Assembly (NCBI RefSeq): GCF_000142905.1
Contig: NW_013657648.1
Coordinates: 264,922-328,921, forward strand
Source of the DNA: Thecamonas trahens ATCC 50062
Lineage: Eukaryota > Protista > Apusomonadida
Direction: 5' to 3'
DNA: 64,000 nucleotides
Shown here: piece after piece, positions 11,917-22,881 of the stretch
Position numbering within the stretch: the stretch's first letter is position 1
Layout of the letters: every line of letters begins with the position of its first letter
Made by a program: the position numbers and the translations under genes
Notes under the pieces: model-generated
Seen by the model: the letters and a program-made list of their open reading frames with translations, nothing else
Told to the model about the DNA's origin: nothing
Databases searched by the model: none

Positions 11917-14745
11917 TCACGGCTTCAGCACGAGAAACGGATGGACGAGCGCCTCGGCAGCCTCGATGCGGCGGTTCGGGTTGCGGGTGAGGAGTTTGTC
12001 GAGCAAGTCAACAGCCAGAAGAAGCGGCGAGTCGGGACTGGCCCAGCGCGAGACGTACGCCATACGCTTGACGATCTCCTGGTAGCCAAGAAAGTCGTCG
12101 TCATCGTCGCTCTCGTCGTCGCCGCCGTCGCTGTCGCCAGCCTCAGTCCGGGCAGATGCAAGCAACTTGTTGCCGAGGAGGATGCCTGCAGACCAAACGT
12201 CAACCTTGTGGTTGTACGGGACTCTGTCCGAGCTGCGAACCTTGGACGGCTGGACCTCGGGTGCAAAGTAGCCAGGCGTGCCGATACGCCCGAGCGGGAG
12301 CTCGCCAGCACTCGGGTCGGCGATGTTGTACTCTTCAAACGCCGAGTCAAAGTCGATAATGACCAGGGCCTGGCGTGCGCCGTCAAACACCACGTTGTCG
12401 TCCTTGATGTCGCGGTGGATGAGCGAGAGCGCATGGAGGCGAGCTATGCCGGCCAACAGCTGGCTCGTGTAGCTCTGCGCCGCAGCGAGCGAGTCGGCGA
12501 TAAACTTGGTGCTTGCATCAACAAACTCGGTCACGAGCACCTTGGCCCGCAGCTCGGGAAAGTACCGCGACCAGACAAGCTGTTGTAGGCCGGGCTGACC
12601 GCGAACCCGCTCCAGCACGCGCTCCTCACGCGAGTCGTCCGGATCCTCTAGACTCATCTTGACTGCCACAGGCACAAGATCCAGAACCTTGGCCTCGCCG
12701 TCGTCGACCGCCTCCAGTGCCTGTGGTGCATCTTCCGGCTCTGGAGACGAAATGGTCTCCAGCCGTGGTCCGCCATAGCCGGCCTTGAACACCGCGTTGG
12801 TCGATGCCGTCGCCAGACAGTGCTCAAAGTCGCACACAATCTCGCGCCGAATCGCCATCTTGACTTGCAGGATCCACACTCGTTGCGCCTCCTTCTCAAA
12901 CACGCCAATCGACGAAGACGACGAGGAGGAGGAAGAGTCGAGCGACGACGAGAACCGCAGCTCAGGCGGCAGCTCCACTGAAGATGACGAGTTAGAAGAT
13001 GACGATGACGAAGAAGAAGAGGAAGAAGAGCTTGAGCTCATGCGGCGACTGCCTGGATGCCCGTAGCCGGGCACAAGCCCCGGATGGAGGATAGGGCCGG
13101 CAAACGGCATGTATCCACGGCCGTGCATGAGCGCTCCGGCCATCTCTGGCGGAGGGAACGGTGGAATGTGCGGCGGGGGTGGAGACCGGGATCGCGACGA
13201 GGACGACGACGACGACGACGACGACGAGGACGACGAGGACGAGGACGAGGATGACGAGGACGAGGAAGATCCGGCCGCCCACTGCAAGATGGCCGACTCG
13301 TCGTTGGCAACAACGGCAGCCGCAGCCGCCTGGGCCGAGACAGCGTCGGCACGGGCACGATCCAGTTCAGCCAGCACCACAGCGGCGTGCGCCTCTGTCC
13401 GCGCCGCCTTGCGCATCCGTCGCTCATGCTGGGCCTCGGCCTCGGCAGCTGCTTCGGCCGCCTTGGCTGCCGCCGCCTGCGCATGCCGCAGCGCCGCCGC
13501 CTTGCGCTTCTCGGCGTCTTTAGCCTTGGCCTTGGCCTTGGCCTTGGCCTTGGCCTTACCTTTGCCCTTGGCCTTGGCCATAGCCTTGACCTTGCCTTTC
13601 GCCTTGGTCTTGCCTTTCGCCTTGGTCTTGCCTTTCGCCTTGGTCTTGCCTTTGGCCTTTCCCTTTCCCTTTCCCTTGGCTTTGGCTTCGACCTTGGCCT
13701 TGGCCTTGTCCTTGTCCTTGTCCTTGTCCTTGTCCTTGTCCTTGGCCTTGGCCTTGGCCTTGACTTTGCCCTTGCCCTTGCCCTCCTTCGATCCCTTCTT
13801 ACCCTTGCCATCAACCTTGCCCTTACCCTTGCCCCTGCCCTTGCCCTTGTTCTTGCCCTTGTTCTTGCCATTGTTCTTGCCCTTGTCCTTCCCCTTGCCT
13901 TTGCCCTTGCCCTTGCCCTTGCCCAGCAGATGGTGCTTGTGTGCTGGCTCTTGTTCGGGATCAGCATCGGGGGCAATCAGCGGGTCATTGTGAAGCTTAG
14001 CACGCTTGGCACGCTTCAGCTTCTTAGCACGGGTCTTGGCTTTTGCCTTGGCCCGCTCCATGGCGTTGGGCACATGATCGTCGACGTCACTTGCGGCGTC
14101 GTACACAACCATCTCAGCGTCGGGCTCGGTCGCGAGGTGGAACACGCCGCGGTCGACCAAATCGGCCTCGTAAACGACGCTGACGTCGCCATCGCTTCCA
14201 TCGACATCGGGCGTCCGCGCCAGATCCAAGACGGCGATACGCTTCCGCTTGCGCCTCCGCTTCATGCGGACTGAAGGAGACGGTGACGCACCACCGGGCA
14301 ACGACGAGACGTCGATGACGACAGATGAGCTGCCAGCGCGCAGGTCGGCATCGGCCTCGACATCTTCTAGAGCCGAGTTGTCCAAGTCGACCACGTGGCA
14401 CTCTGCATGCTTCAGCTGAGCCTTTTCAGCCCTTCGCTCAGCCCGGATCTTTGCCCGCTCAACCTTGCGGGCCCTCCGAGCCTTCTTCGCCTCGAGCTTT
14501 GCCAGCAGCTCCTCTGCGTGCTTCTCCTTGCGCGCCGCCGTCTTCTTGGCCTTGAGCGCCGCTGCATACGCGCGCCGCTTCGCCTCCTTGGCCTCCTTGG
14601 CAGCACGGGTCTCATCTACATACGCTCTCACAGCTGCCGCCCGTTCTCCAGCCCATCGTCCACCCGCCGATTCACCACCATTCCCGCCACTTGCGCCCGC
14701 CAACACGTCTCCGCGCCACCGCCTCGGACCTTCATCACCAGCCAT
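11917..14745 (-). CDS. Ser/Thr protein kinase (C-lobe resembles Cdc7) with long Lys-rich and poly-Ser N-terminal region
   Basis: VAVK, IHRDIKDDN, IDFD, GTPGYFAPE, DVWSAG, DLLDKLLTRNPNRRIEAAEALVHPF. First ATG at 14745. Confidence 0.8.
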   Translation of the reverse strand: MAGDEGPRRWRGDVLAGASGGNGGESAGGRWAGERAAAVRAYVDETRAAKEAKEAKRRAYAAALKAKKTAARKEKHAEELLAKLEAKKARRARKVERAKIRAERRAEKAQLKHAECHVVDLDNSALEDVEADADLRAGSSSVVIDVSSLPGGASPSPSVRMKRRRKRKRIAVLDLARTPDVDGSDGDVSVVYEADLVDRGVFHLATEPDAEMVVYDAASDVDDHVPNAMERAKAKAKTRAKKLKRAKRAKLHNDPLIAPDADPEQEPAHKHHLLGKGKGKGKGKGKDKGKNNGKNKGKNKGKGRGKGKGKVDGKGKKGSKEGKGKGKVKAKAKAKDKDKDKDKDKDKAKAKVEAKAKGKGKGKAKGKTKAKGKTKAKGKTKAKGKVKAMAKAKGKGKAKAKAKAKAKAKDAEKRKAAALRHAQAAAAKAAEAAAEAEAQHERRMRKAARTEAHAAVVLAELDRARADAVSAQAAAAAVVANDESAILQWAAGSSSSSSSSSSSSSSSSSSSSSSSSSRSRSPPPPHIPPFPPPEMAGALMHGRGYMPFAGPILHPGLVPGYGHPGSRRMSSSSSSSSSSSSSSSNSSSSVELPPELRFSSSLDSSSSSSSSSIGVFEKEAQRVWILQVKMAIRREIVCDFEHCLATASTNAVFKAGYGGPRLETISSPEPEDAPQALEAVDDGEAKVLDLVPVAVKMSLEDPDDSREERVLERVRGQPGLQQLVWSRYFPELRAKVLVTEFVDASTKFIADSLAAAQSYTSQLLAGIARLHALSLIHRDIKDDNVVFDGARQALVIIDFDSAFEEYNIADPSAGELPLGRIGTPGYFAPEVQPSKVRSSDRVPYNHKVDVWSAGILLGNKLLASARTEAGDSDGGDDESDDDDDFLGYQEIVKRMAYVSRWASPDSPLLLAVDLLDKLLTRNPNRRIEAAEALVHPFLVLKP
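13520..13925 (-). repeat. Coding Lys dipeptide repeats (KG)n, (KD)n, (KA)n, (GKTKAK)3
   Basis: 6-bp period runs cttgcc/cttgtc/cttggc and an 18-bp unit on the + strand. Confidence 0.9.
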
Positions 14746-15424
14746 GACCTCACCCAATGCGCCTTCTCTCCTTGTCACTCACTCTCCTTGCAAATACCCT
14801 GCTCTCCTCCCTTGGTCTCGTCCGTTGGCTCTCCAAGGAGAAGTGGTAGCCCCTGCCTCTGCCTCTGCCTTTGCCTCTGCCTCTCCTCTCTCCTGCTCAA
14901 CTCGGCCACCATCATCACTTGCTGCCACTTTGCACTACTTTTGACAGCCGAATTGAGTGACATTGATGATGCCCTTGCAAGGCGCTCGCGGATGATGTAC
15001 ACCGACCGACAGCATTGCATAGCATTCGATGATATGCTCTGATTCCCGGTTGTACACCTCCTCCACACACACATACACACATACACATATATACCGTATC
15101 ATCTACCTCGCTCTCTGATCCGAGATTTGCGCCTCGATGACTACCGGAGAGATAGGTCGGGCGTCCGGATCGGCCTACACAAGCTGCTGTGGTCTGGACG
15201 CAAAGTGCTCAAGACAAGACTGATCAAAGGTAGCCACTTACCGCTCCGGCATTCGTCCGATGGCGATGCCCGTGCCAAACATGCCAATCATGAAGAGGAC
15301 GGCTAGAGGACAGCGGTGGGTGATGATTGATTGGTCCGACAATGAGTCGAGTCGGGTCGAGTCGAGTCGGGAGGGACAGGAGCAGTAGACGGCCTCCGAC
15401 ACCCACATCACTCTCACAACAACG

Positions 15425-16602
15425 ATGGTGTTCTTTGTGTGTAGCAACTGCGGTGACTGGTACGCCAGATGAAGTCCTTCTTCCCACAGCTATCTCTCCC
15501 CTTGCCTCCCTTGACTCGATAGCTTGTCCAGTGTCCGTACATGGTGGTTCGGCTTGCCTGCCACTACCGCCACCCAAGGATGGATGGGAGGATCCGTGGC
15601 GAGGCACATGGCGCCAGCCTGACCCCGTCCATGCTCGCAGTATTGACACACACACCCCAAGTCAATCGATCCCTCCTCATAGTCATGTACAAGACGATAC
15701 CATCGCAACGATTGTTGAGTCTGGGTGTGACTTGAGCCATCCCGTCGACGTGACTAGCCTCTTTCAACAAATCTTCCTCAAGCGGTCTATGCCCCTCCCC
15801 CCCCCTTCCCCCACTACTCACACGCTCACTCTCTCCCTCTGTCTCGCTTGCCACACTCATGATCGTGCAACTCATCGCTTGTTTCGGTTGGACGACGGAT
15901 GGATGGGACAACGTGAACAAATGCTTTTACAGCCTCAAAAAGTCCGCGGTCGATAAGCACTGTTACCGCTGCAACCCGGACTCGGTCTCGTGCATGGACT
16001 GCAACTCGACGTTCTTCGGCAACGATTACAAGTCGCACACAAAGTGCATCTCTGAGAGCGAAAAGTACAAGTTTGCCAACGGCCGCAAGCGCAAGCCGGC
16101 ATCGGCGCCGACGCCCACCCCACCGCCGGCCAAGAAGCCCAAGGCTGCGGCCAAGAAGCCCAAGGCCTCTCCGGCCGCCGCCAGCACCGCTGCTACTGCA
16201 GTGACTTTCCGCTGGAAGACTGCACTCCGCCGCGCGCTCCGCGCTGGCCCGATGACCAAGGATGCACTGCGGACAAAGGTTCTTGCCACCATCGCCGCCG
16301 CGGTCGCCAATGGCAAGGTTGTCCAGGGCTCAGCCCCGTCTGTCTGCGACGCCCAGTTTGACGCCAAGCTCGCTCGCAACCTGATGAAGAACCGCATCTC
16401 GCAGCCGACCGACGACACCTACGTGTGGGGCGCCTCGGCTGCTCCGTCGGCTGCGCCGTCTGCCGCACAGTCATCGGACTCGGACTCGGACTCGGACTCG
16501 GACGCGAGCTCTGCTGCCGCCGATGCCGCTGCCAAGAAGAAGTCGTCCTCCTCCTCCTCCTCTTCCTCCTCCTCGTCGTCATCGTCGTCGTCATCATCAT
16601 GA
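15425..16602 (+). CDS. LYAR: LYAR-type C2HC zinc-finger nucleolar protein
   Basis: Exons 15425..15459 and 15933..16602 (GTACGC...TACAG intron) give MVFFVCSNCGDCLKKSAVDKHCYRCNPDSVSCMDCNSTFFGNDYKSHTKCISESEKY; later FRWKTAL motif and poly-Ser tail. Confidence 0.9.
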
Positions 16603-16642
16603 CTCGGCTGTGTTGGCCTCGCTTCTACTAGCACCGCCATCC

Positions 16643-17563
16643 TTAAAACTCGACAAAGATCGAAAAGTCACGGAACTCGAGGTAGTCGTGGCGGGCGTGG
16701 ATGGTGGCGTCGGGGAAGACAGTGGCCAGCCACTGGCAGATCTCGTCGTAGTCGTAAAAGGCAAAGCCCGGGTAGGACTTCATGTGGCGCTGCGAGAGCA
16801 TGTTAAAGTACATGCCACGGCGGGAGAGCCTGCCCATCTTGACGACAAACGGCTTGGAGACCTTGTCCCACAGCTTGGCGTCGCCGATGGTCATGCAACC
16901 CGAGCAGACGTAGTAGTCGGCGGCGACGCCTGCATCCGGGTCCAGGAAGTCTTGCACCACAAACTTGGGCCTTGTCTTGTCTTTTGGCCCACGGACAACC
17001 TTGACGTCGGCGAGGACGGGATAGCGTTTGAGGAGCTTGCGGAGCTGACCACCACGGACCAGGCCATGCCGGACATTGGCGGTCCTTACCATGACCTTGG
17101 ACACATCGATACCAATATACCGCATGTCGACAGCTGGTGCGTTTTTGCGAACATACTCAAACAGCGCGCCTTGACCGCACCCAACATCGACCACTTGCTG
17201 ACCATCCAGCGCGTGAAAGCCATCGGTATAGTTAGCGAGGACGTCGAAACGAATCTCCTGGCGCTCAAGCGAGGACCACTTGGTGGCAGCAAAGGAGAAA
17301 CCCAACTTTTCAGCCTCTGCATCATACATGTTCTTGTTGTACTCGCCCAGCTTTCGCCGAAGCTCTTCCAAATCATCCGGATCAGACCATCCGACAACGT
17401 CACGGACATACTTTGAATCCGTCCTGCCGCCACCGGCTGACATGCTCCGCCATGCCACCACTACCGCCAGCAGCGCCACTGCCGCCGCCACCACCACAGA
17501 CACAGTCACAATGGGTATTCTGCCCTGCACCTGCGCCAGACTGCTGCTATCATTCTTGCCCAT

Positions 17564-17600
<37 letters not shown>

Positions 17601-17626
17601 CTCTGTCTCTGTCTCTTCCTCCCCAT
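16643..17626 (-). CDS. Class I SAM-dependent methyltransferase with N-terminal membrane anchor
   Basis: TM segment IPIVTVSVVVAAAVALLAVVVAW; motif I VVDVGCGQG; YIGIDVS; ADYYVCSG. Confidence 0.8.
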
Positions 17627-18408
17627 CGCTTTCGTCAGAGACAGGTCTGCCAAGTCCGCCTACCGGCTAGCTAACCGGGGTAGCAGCGAGCTCACTGTCC
17701 ATCGGTCGGCGACGGTTTGAGGATAACGTCGCCAAGCTCACCGCACTCGCCTCCATCGACAGGACCGTCGCCGTCACACCGATCGTACTGCTGCCAAGAC
17801 CGACATCAATATCCATCTTGTCATCGCCGACGACGGCTCTGTTCTCGAGAGCGAGTCGATCATAAACCGCCCGCCGTTGTCGGCCGGAACGCTGGGCAGC
17901 CGATCGGTGGCTCCGGCACATTCTGCTCCAATCGCACCTCGCTAAGATCACACACTACCGCAGAGTAGGACGCAGCTTGGAATCGGCTACTGGGTTTAAA
18001 GCGGGTAGACTCGGTTTTGATCGCGGATTCATACTGAGCAAGCTGCACATAGACACGAACGCTATACCTGAGCCACAACCTGCACCTCGAGCTAGAAGCC
18101 TTTGAACAACGCCATGAGAATGACGTCGTCAAGCATCGGTTCGCCGTCGATCATAGTGATCGCCACCAGCCGCTTTTTATCCTCGTCGCGGAATAGAACT
18201 GCAGCTCACAAGCCTCGTCTCCCCCGATCATGTACACTCTTCACTCGCACAGAAGCACAACTTCCACCGTGGTCATACTGCTACCCGCTCTACACATTTA
18301 GTTACATGTAGTCTTGTTGATTATGATGGGCTACATGTTGTTCGTGTGTGTGTGTATATCATCATCCAACCTGCCTGCCGCTTATCGCTGATCACACATT
18401 CTCATTGT

Positions 18409-21400
18409 TCACTCATTGGCCACACCTGTTTGTGCATTGGCGAAAGAGATCGGGCCGGAGTCGACTAAAGTCTGGACTTCAGAGGTGACGACAACATCAC
18501 GGATGCGATGGAGCTCGGCTTTCTCGACACGGACCTCATCTTGCGGCCGGAGCCGCCCGGAGGATTCGTCAAACTCAATCCACTCATACGCAGGTGGCTG
18601 CTGAACAAGATCGGCGGCAAGCTCAGCGATAGCTCTCGAGCTGCGGCGGCGACGCGGCGGGGAGGCCGCAGCTCGAGAGCTGCGGCGGCGACGCGGTGGT
18701 GAGGCTTGCGTCGATCGGCGGGCACGGTTTGGAGCAGTACGGGCACGCGGCGGCGAGGCTGGAGTGGCAGAGCCGGCAGGACGGAGCCGGCTGGGTGCTG
18801 CGTCGTCCAAATCGGCGGCGTCGAGGTCGCCGTCGATGACTACGCCGCGGAAGATGGAACGGCGGCCAGCCACGTGGGCGCGTGTCGGCGCCAGCAGACC
18901 TTCGACAGAAGGGACAATAACTCGGGCACGGTGCGGGAGCTGACTACCGCTGTCGCTGGCGCCGCTCTCGGTATCGGACTCGTCGTCAGACCGCGGCATG
19001 TCTGGTGGTAGATTGTCTTTGGCCTCGGTCAGGTTCCATTTGGCCGGCTGGCCAAAGGTGCCGATGAACCCGAGGCCGCCGGCACCGGGGCTGACCCGCC
19101 AGAGGCGAGCCCGAGAGTCTGACGCCCCCGAGACTAGATAGCCCGAGTACCGCTTGCGCCGCGAAGAAACGATTTGTAGTGAGACAAGCGGGACGTCCCA
19201 TGCATGAGCCTGGACAAGCGCGACTAGGCCAGCGTCGACCGACCACCGCATGGCACCCGGATCCGAGCTCACCCGCAACGAGTAGACCCCGATCCGCCCG
19301 CGCGAGTCACCTACAAACAGCATCGAGAGCATCGGGTCGTATGCGACCGCCTTGACCGATGTTTCAGCCTCGGGCGGCCGCCGAGTCGTCACTGGCGGCA
19401 TCTTGGTATCCCACAGTTGCCAAATTCGCACGATGCCGTCGCCAGAGCCAGCGGCAATCGCCGGCAGCGCACCGCCAGCTTTGGCCCTACTCGGCGGCTC
19501 GACAAAGGTCATGGCGCCAATCGACGCTGCGTCAAGCGCCGCGACATGGTCGAGAACGCCTGCAGCGTGCGACGACTCGACGAGCTCGCGATGCTCGGGC
19601 GCCTGCATCCGTTGCAGCTCCCGCTGTGAGTTGAGGTTCCACACTACAATCTCGCCATCGTACGCTGCCGACGCCAGCAAGTTGGGCGGGTAAAACTCGC
19701 AGCAGAGTACGTCCTCACGGTGTGGCTCGTCGTGCCCTCCAAGACCACCAAACTCGCTCGTCCCTCCGCCATCGTACTCGTACTCGTACTCGTATTCGTC
19801 GTCCTCCGAGTCCTCTTCCCACGCCACGGTTGATGCAAGCAAACTGCTCCGCCGCGGCGTCGGAGACGCCTTGCCTGCAGTTCGTGCGCGCATCGCCCGG
19901 GCACGGGCTCTTGTTTCCGCTCGGGCGCGGGCTTTGGCCTTGGCCCAGCCAGACGATGAGACGTCGACGCCATGCTCAGCGGCAGCCCGAGATCGGCGCG
20001 CTCGGCGCGCCCGGCGAGACGCACTCTCGCCAGCACTCTCGCCATCGTCGTCAAACACTCCGCCATGCGAGGGAAGCTGCTTCCACACATACGCGTCGGC
20101 ATCGAGCTTCGTGTCGCGCCACACCGCCAGTCGCCGTGACCAGCCGACGGCGATCACATACTTGTTATCCTCGGTCGGTCGCAGCGTGGTAAGCAACTCG
20201 TGAGCGGCCTTGCGCGACGTCACCCGCGCCACTTGCTCCATCACAAACGTGTTGTGGGCCGAGTGCTGATGCGCAAAGGCAAGGTCCGAGACCTCGGCCG
20301 AGTCAATGTTGTGCAGCTCTTTGAGGAACTTGCCGTTCATAAAGTTCCAGATGAAGACTTTGCCCGTCCGCGATGCCGTCGCAATCCGAGTCTTGTTGCA
20401 CAGAATCATGGCGGTCAGCGGATCGCCGCGCGTCGCGCCGGCAAACTCCTTGATCTTGGTCCCGGTTGTCACCGACCACACCGCTACCGTTCCGTCCTCG
20501 GATGCAGTCACCACATTGCCAAAGTACGGCTCGTGAACAACTGTCACCAGCGGCTGATAGTGGGTGATGTCGAGTGCATGCTCGCGCTTCTGGACCCGCG
20601 AGAACGAGTACAGCTCGTTCGACGACGCCACAATCCGCCGCCGCAGCCGATCCGGCAGCAGTTGCGTGACCGCGTCTGGTGGGCCATCCATGCCATGCCG
20701 CCGCCACTCCTCCAGATTGCCCAGCTCGACGCCGGCAAATGTAGCCAAGCAGTTGCTCACTCGAATGTCCCATACCTTGACCGTGTTCCCAGTGTCGAGC
20801 GAGAGAAGCTGGTAGTCGTTGAGACCCGGAACAACCTTGGCAATTGGTGCCGTGTGGCCGGTAAACACCAGCAGCGGGTCGGTCAGAATCGACGGCTTCC
20901 ACACTCGCAGTCGTGTGTCGCGCCCACCGGTGGCCAGAAACGGGACCTGGCTCAGAGTTGTCCATGTGGCCACCGAATGCACACCGCCCGGAACTGCCCC
21001 GATGCGAAACGGGCCAGGCGCGCCGTCAGGCCGCACGCTGCCGACCACAAGCGACGTGTCCGGCAAGTCGTACGCTGCCGCAAACTCGCATGATGCGCTC
21101 GGCAGGAGCACAAGGCCCTTCATCCACGCCTCGTCATCACTCACAGGTAGCGCAATGTGCGAGAGCGAGGTTGGAACGTCTCCGGCACGAATGGCGCGCA
21201 CGTCGAGCGCATGGCCCAGCCCGCGATCGTCGGTCATGACTGCAAGCTTGGAGAGGCCAAAGATCGAGACACAGCTGGTGTCGTCGCCAATTGCAAAGAG
21301 TGCCCGGTCTGGATCGCTCAGCAGGCTTGTGTAGTCGAGCGCGAGCGGAACGTTGGCCAGCGACGGGACTTTGTCGCGGAACGACATCGACGAGACCGCA

Positions 21401-22356
21401 GTCTCGATCTTGAGCCGGAACGACTTGAGCGGGCCGATCTTGAGCGTCGAGACCTCGTCAAAGCCCAATATGGTGTTGGTTCCTTCAAGCTTGTACATGT
21501 GGACTCGAAAGTCATGAGCGCCGAGAGCAAGCGTCTCAAAGTCGGAGATGTACGTGGCGCAAGTAACCCGCGGAGCTGAAGCCGGAGCATGAACCGTCAG
21601 CACCCGCTCGAGAGTCGTTGTCTTGTAAGCAGCAAGCGTGCCGTCGCTGGCCACTGCCATGTAGTTCTTGAATGTCGGCGCGTAGAACATGTGCGCAATC
21701 GGCGCGGCCAGAGGGTACTTTGGTGGCGGCGGCGGCGGATCGCGAGCAAAGGTGGTGGCTGCGGCCTCGCCGGCGGCCGATGAGCCGCCGGCGTCAAGGG
21801 ACTCGGGGACTTCACCAAGCATGCCCGCCGAGGTCGAGATAAAGTGGTCGATGAACTCTTGCGCGTCAACGGTCCCGTCTTGGTTGGCGTCGATCTTGTG
21901 GAAGAGCTCCTCAACCTTGTCTGTGTCCACGCCGAGATCTGTGCCCAGAATGGGACCAAAAGCATCGACAAACTCACCGAGGTCTAGCCCACCCGATTCG
22001 TCCTCATCAGCCTCTTCAAACTTGAGAATGGCGGCCTGGAGCGAGGAGATGCGGACGAGTGACTCGACGTGGAGCTCGTCCATGTACGATGTGAAAGGCT
22101 GCAGCGAGGCATACGAGGCCCGCACATTGGTTGGCGCTGCTGGAGGCGCCACAAACGAGCTCACGTCAACCATCGAGTCCTGCCGCCGCACCTCGCCTCC
22201 GTCTGCCAAGCTACCGCTTCCGTTGCTGTGGCTCGCGGCCAGTTGCTTGCCCGTCACCAGCGCCCTCAACGACGCCTGCGACTTGCTCCGCAGCACCGCC
22301 CGCGACTCCGACAGTCGCAGCGAGCTCAGCTGTCGCCTCGACTTACCTCTCCGCAT
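18409..22356 (-). CDS. EF-hand plus WD40-repeat protein (WDR49/EFCAB8-like, probably ciliary)
   Basis: Two EF-hands (DEDESGGLDLGEF, DANQDGTVDAQEF) followed by many WD repeats (ATGGRDTRLRVW, GHTAPI, VKVWD, VTASEDGTVAVW, SAAYDGEIVVWN). Confidence 0.8.
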   Translation of the reverse strand: MRRGKSRRQLSSLRLSESRAVLRSKSQASLRALVTGKQLAASHSNGSGSLADGGEVRRQDSMVDVSSFVAPPAAPTNVRASYASLQPFTSYMDELHVESLVRISSLQAAILKFEEADEDESGGLDLGEFVDAFGPILGTDLGVDTDKVEELFHKIDANQDGTVDAQEFIDHFISTSAGMLGEVPESLDAGGSSAAGEAAATTFARDPPPPPPKYPLAAPIAHMFYAPTFKNYMAVASDGTLAAYKTTTLERVLTVHAPASAPRVTCATYISDFETLALGAHDFRVHMYKLEGTNTILGFDEVSTLKIGPLKSFRLKIETAVSSMSFRDKVPSLANVPLALDYTSLLSDPDRALFAIGDDTSCVSIFGLSKLAVMTDDRGLGHALDVRAIRAGDVPTSLSHIALPVSDDEAWMKGLVLLPSASCEFAAAYDLPDTSLVVGSVRPDGAPGPFRIGAVPGGVHSVATWTTLSQVPFLATGGRDTRLRVWKPSILTDPLLVFTGHTAPIAKVVPGLNDYQLLSLDTGNTVKVWDIRVSNCLATFAGVELGNLEEWRRHGMDGPPDAVTQLLPDRLRRRIVASSNELYSFSRVQKREHALDITHYQPLVTVVHEPYFGNVVTASEDGTVAVWSVTTGTKIKEFAGATRGDPLTAMILCNKTRIATASRTGKVFIWNFMNGKFLKELHNIDSAEVSDLAFAHQHSAHNTFVMEQVARVTSRKAAHELLTTLRPTEDNKYVIAVGWSRRLAVWRDTKLDADAYVWKQLPSHGGVFDDDGESAGESASRRARRARRSRAAAEHGVDVSSSGWAKAKARARAETRARARAMRARTAGKASPTPRRSSLLASTVAWEEDSEDDEYEYEYEYDGGGTSEFGGLGGHDEPHREDVLCCEFYPPNLLASAAYDGEIVVWNLNSQRELQRMQAPEHRELVESSHAAGVLDHVAALDAASIGAMTFVEPPSRAKAGGALPAIAAGSGDGIVRIWQLWDTKMPPVTTRRPPEAETSVKAVAYDPMLSMLFVGDSRGRIGVYSLRVSSDPGAMRWSVDAGLVALVQAHAWDVPLVSLQIVSSRRKRYSGYLVSGASDSRARLWRVSPGAGGLGFIGTFGQPAKWNLTEAKDNLPPDMPRSDDESDTESGASDSGSQLPHRARVIVPSVEGLLAPTRAHVAGRRSIFRGVVIDGDLDAADLDDAAPSRLRPAGSATPASPPRARTAPNRARRSTQASPPRRRRSSRAAASPPRRRRSSRAIAELAADLVQQPPAYEWIEFDESSGRLRPQDEVRVEKAELHRIRDVVVTSEVQTLVDSGPISFANAQTGVANE

Positions 22357-22482
22357 GGCGGTACTCTCAGTGAGTTTCAGAGGGGTGTGTGACGTCTAGC
22401 GACGACTACATGGCTGTGCGTAGCTGTTCGCGCCGTGAAGGGGAGCGGAGCGGCGAGGGTGGCGGCCAGGGCAAAAAAAAGT

Positions 22483-22554
22483 AGTCCACAGTGGTAATCG
22501 AAACCACAGCCTTCTGTTCCGTAGACAGATGTCATGCCACTAGACCATGCGGAC
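22483..22554 (-). tRNA. tRNA-Arg(ACG), copy 1
   Basis: GTCCGCA-TG-GTCTAGTGGCATGAC-A-TCTGT-CTACGGA-ACAGA-AGGCT-GTGGT-TTCGATT-ACCAC-TGTGGAC-T cloverleaf; T8 terminator 2 nt downstream. Confidence 0.9.
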
Positions 22555-22582
22555 GAGTTGAGAGAGAAAGGGAAATCTACAC

Positions 22583-22606
22583 TATTTGAAGCGTGCTTTG
22601 CTTTGC
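22583..22606 (-). promoter_or_regulatory. Conserved 24-bp element upstream of tRNA genes (also 22746-22769, 22908-22931, 40439-40462, 40751-40774)
   Basis: Ungapped alignment of five instances, + strand consensus TAYTTGAANNGTACATTGCWTTGC, 27-32 bp from each tRNA 5' end. Function is inferred. Confidence 0.65.
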
Positions 22607-22646
22607 TTCGGAGAAAGAGCAGGGTGGCCACCTGGACAAAAAAAGT

Positions 22647-22718
22647 AGTCCACAGTGGTAATCGAAACCACAGCCTTCTGTTCCGTAGACAGATGTCATG
22701 CCACTAGACCATGCGGAC
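22647..22718 (-). tRNA. tRNA-Arg(ACG), copy 2
   Basis: Identical to copy 1; T7 terminator. Confidence 0.9.
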
Positions 22719-22809
22719 GAGTTATTTGGAGCGGTCAATCTTCAGTACTTGAATGGTACACTACTTTGCATAAGCAACATGAGCAGGGTGCCGAGCACGG
22801 CAAAAAAGT

Positions 22810-22881
22810 AGTCCACAGTGGTAATCGAAACCACAGCCTTCTGTTCCGTAGACAGATGTCATGCCACTAGACCATGCGGAC
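22810..22881 (-). tRNA. tRNA-Arg(ACG), copy 3
   Basis: Identical to copy 1; T6 terminator. Confidence 0.9.

Noticed and set aside
17660-18400. Possible small gene or decayed coding fragment between the methyltransferase and WD40 genes
   Set aside because: Only short ORFs with no recognisable motif; a call cannot be supported
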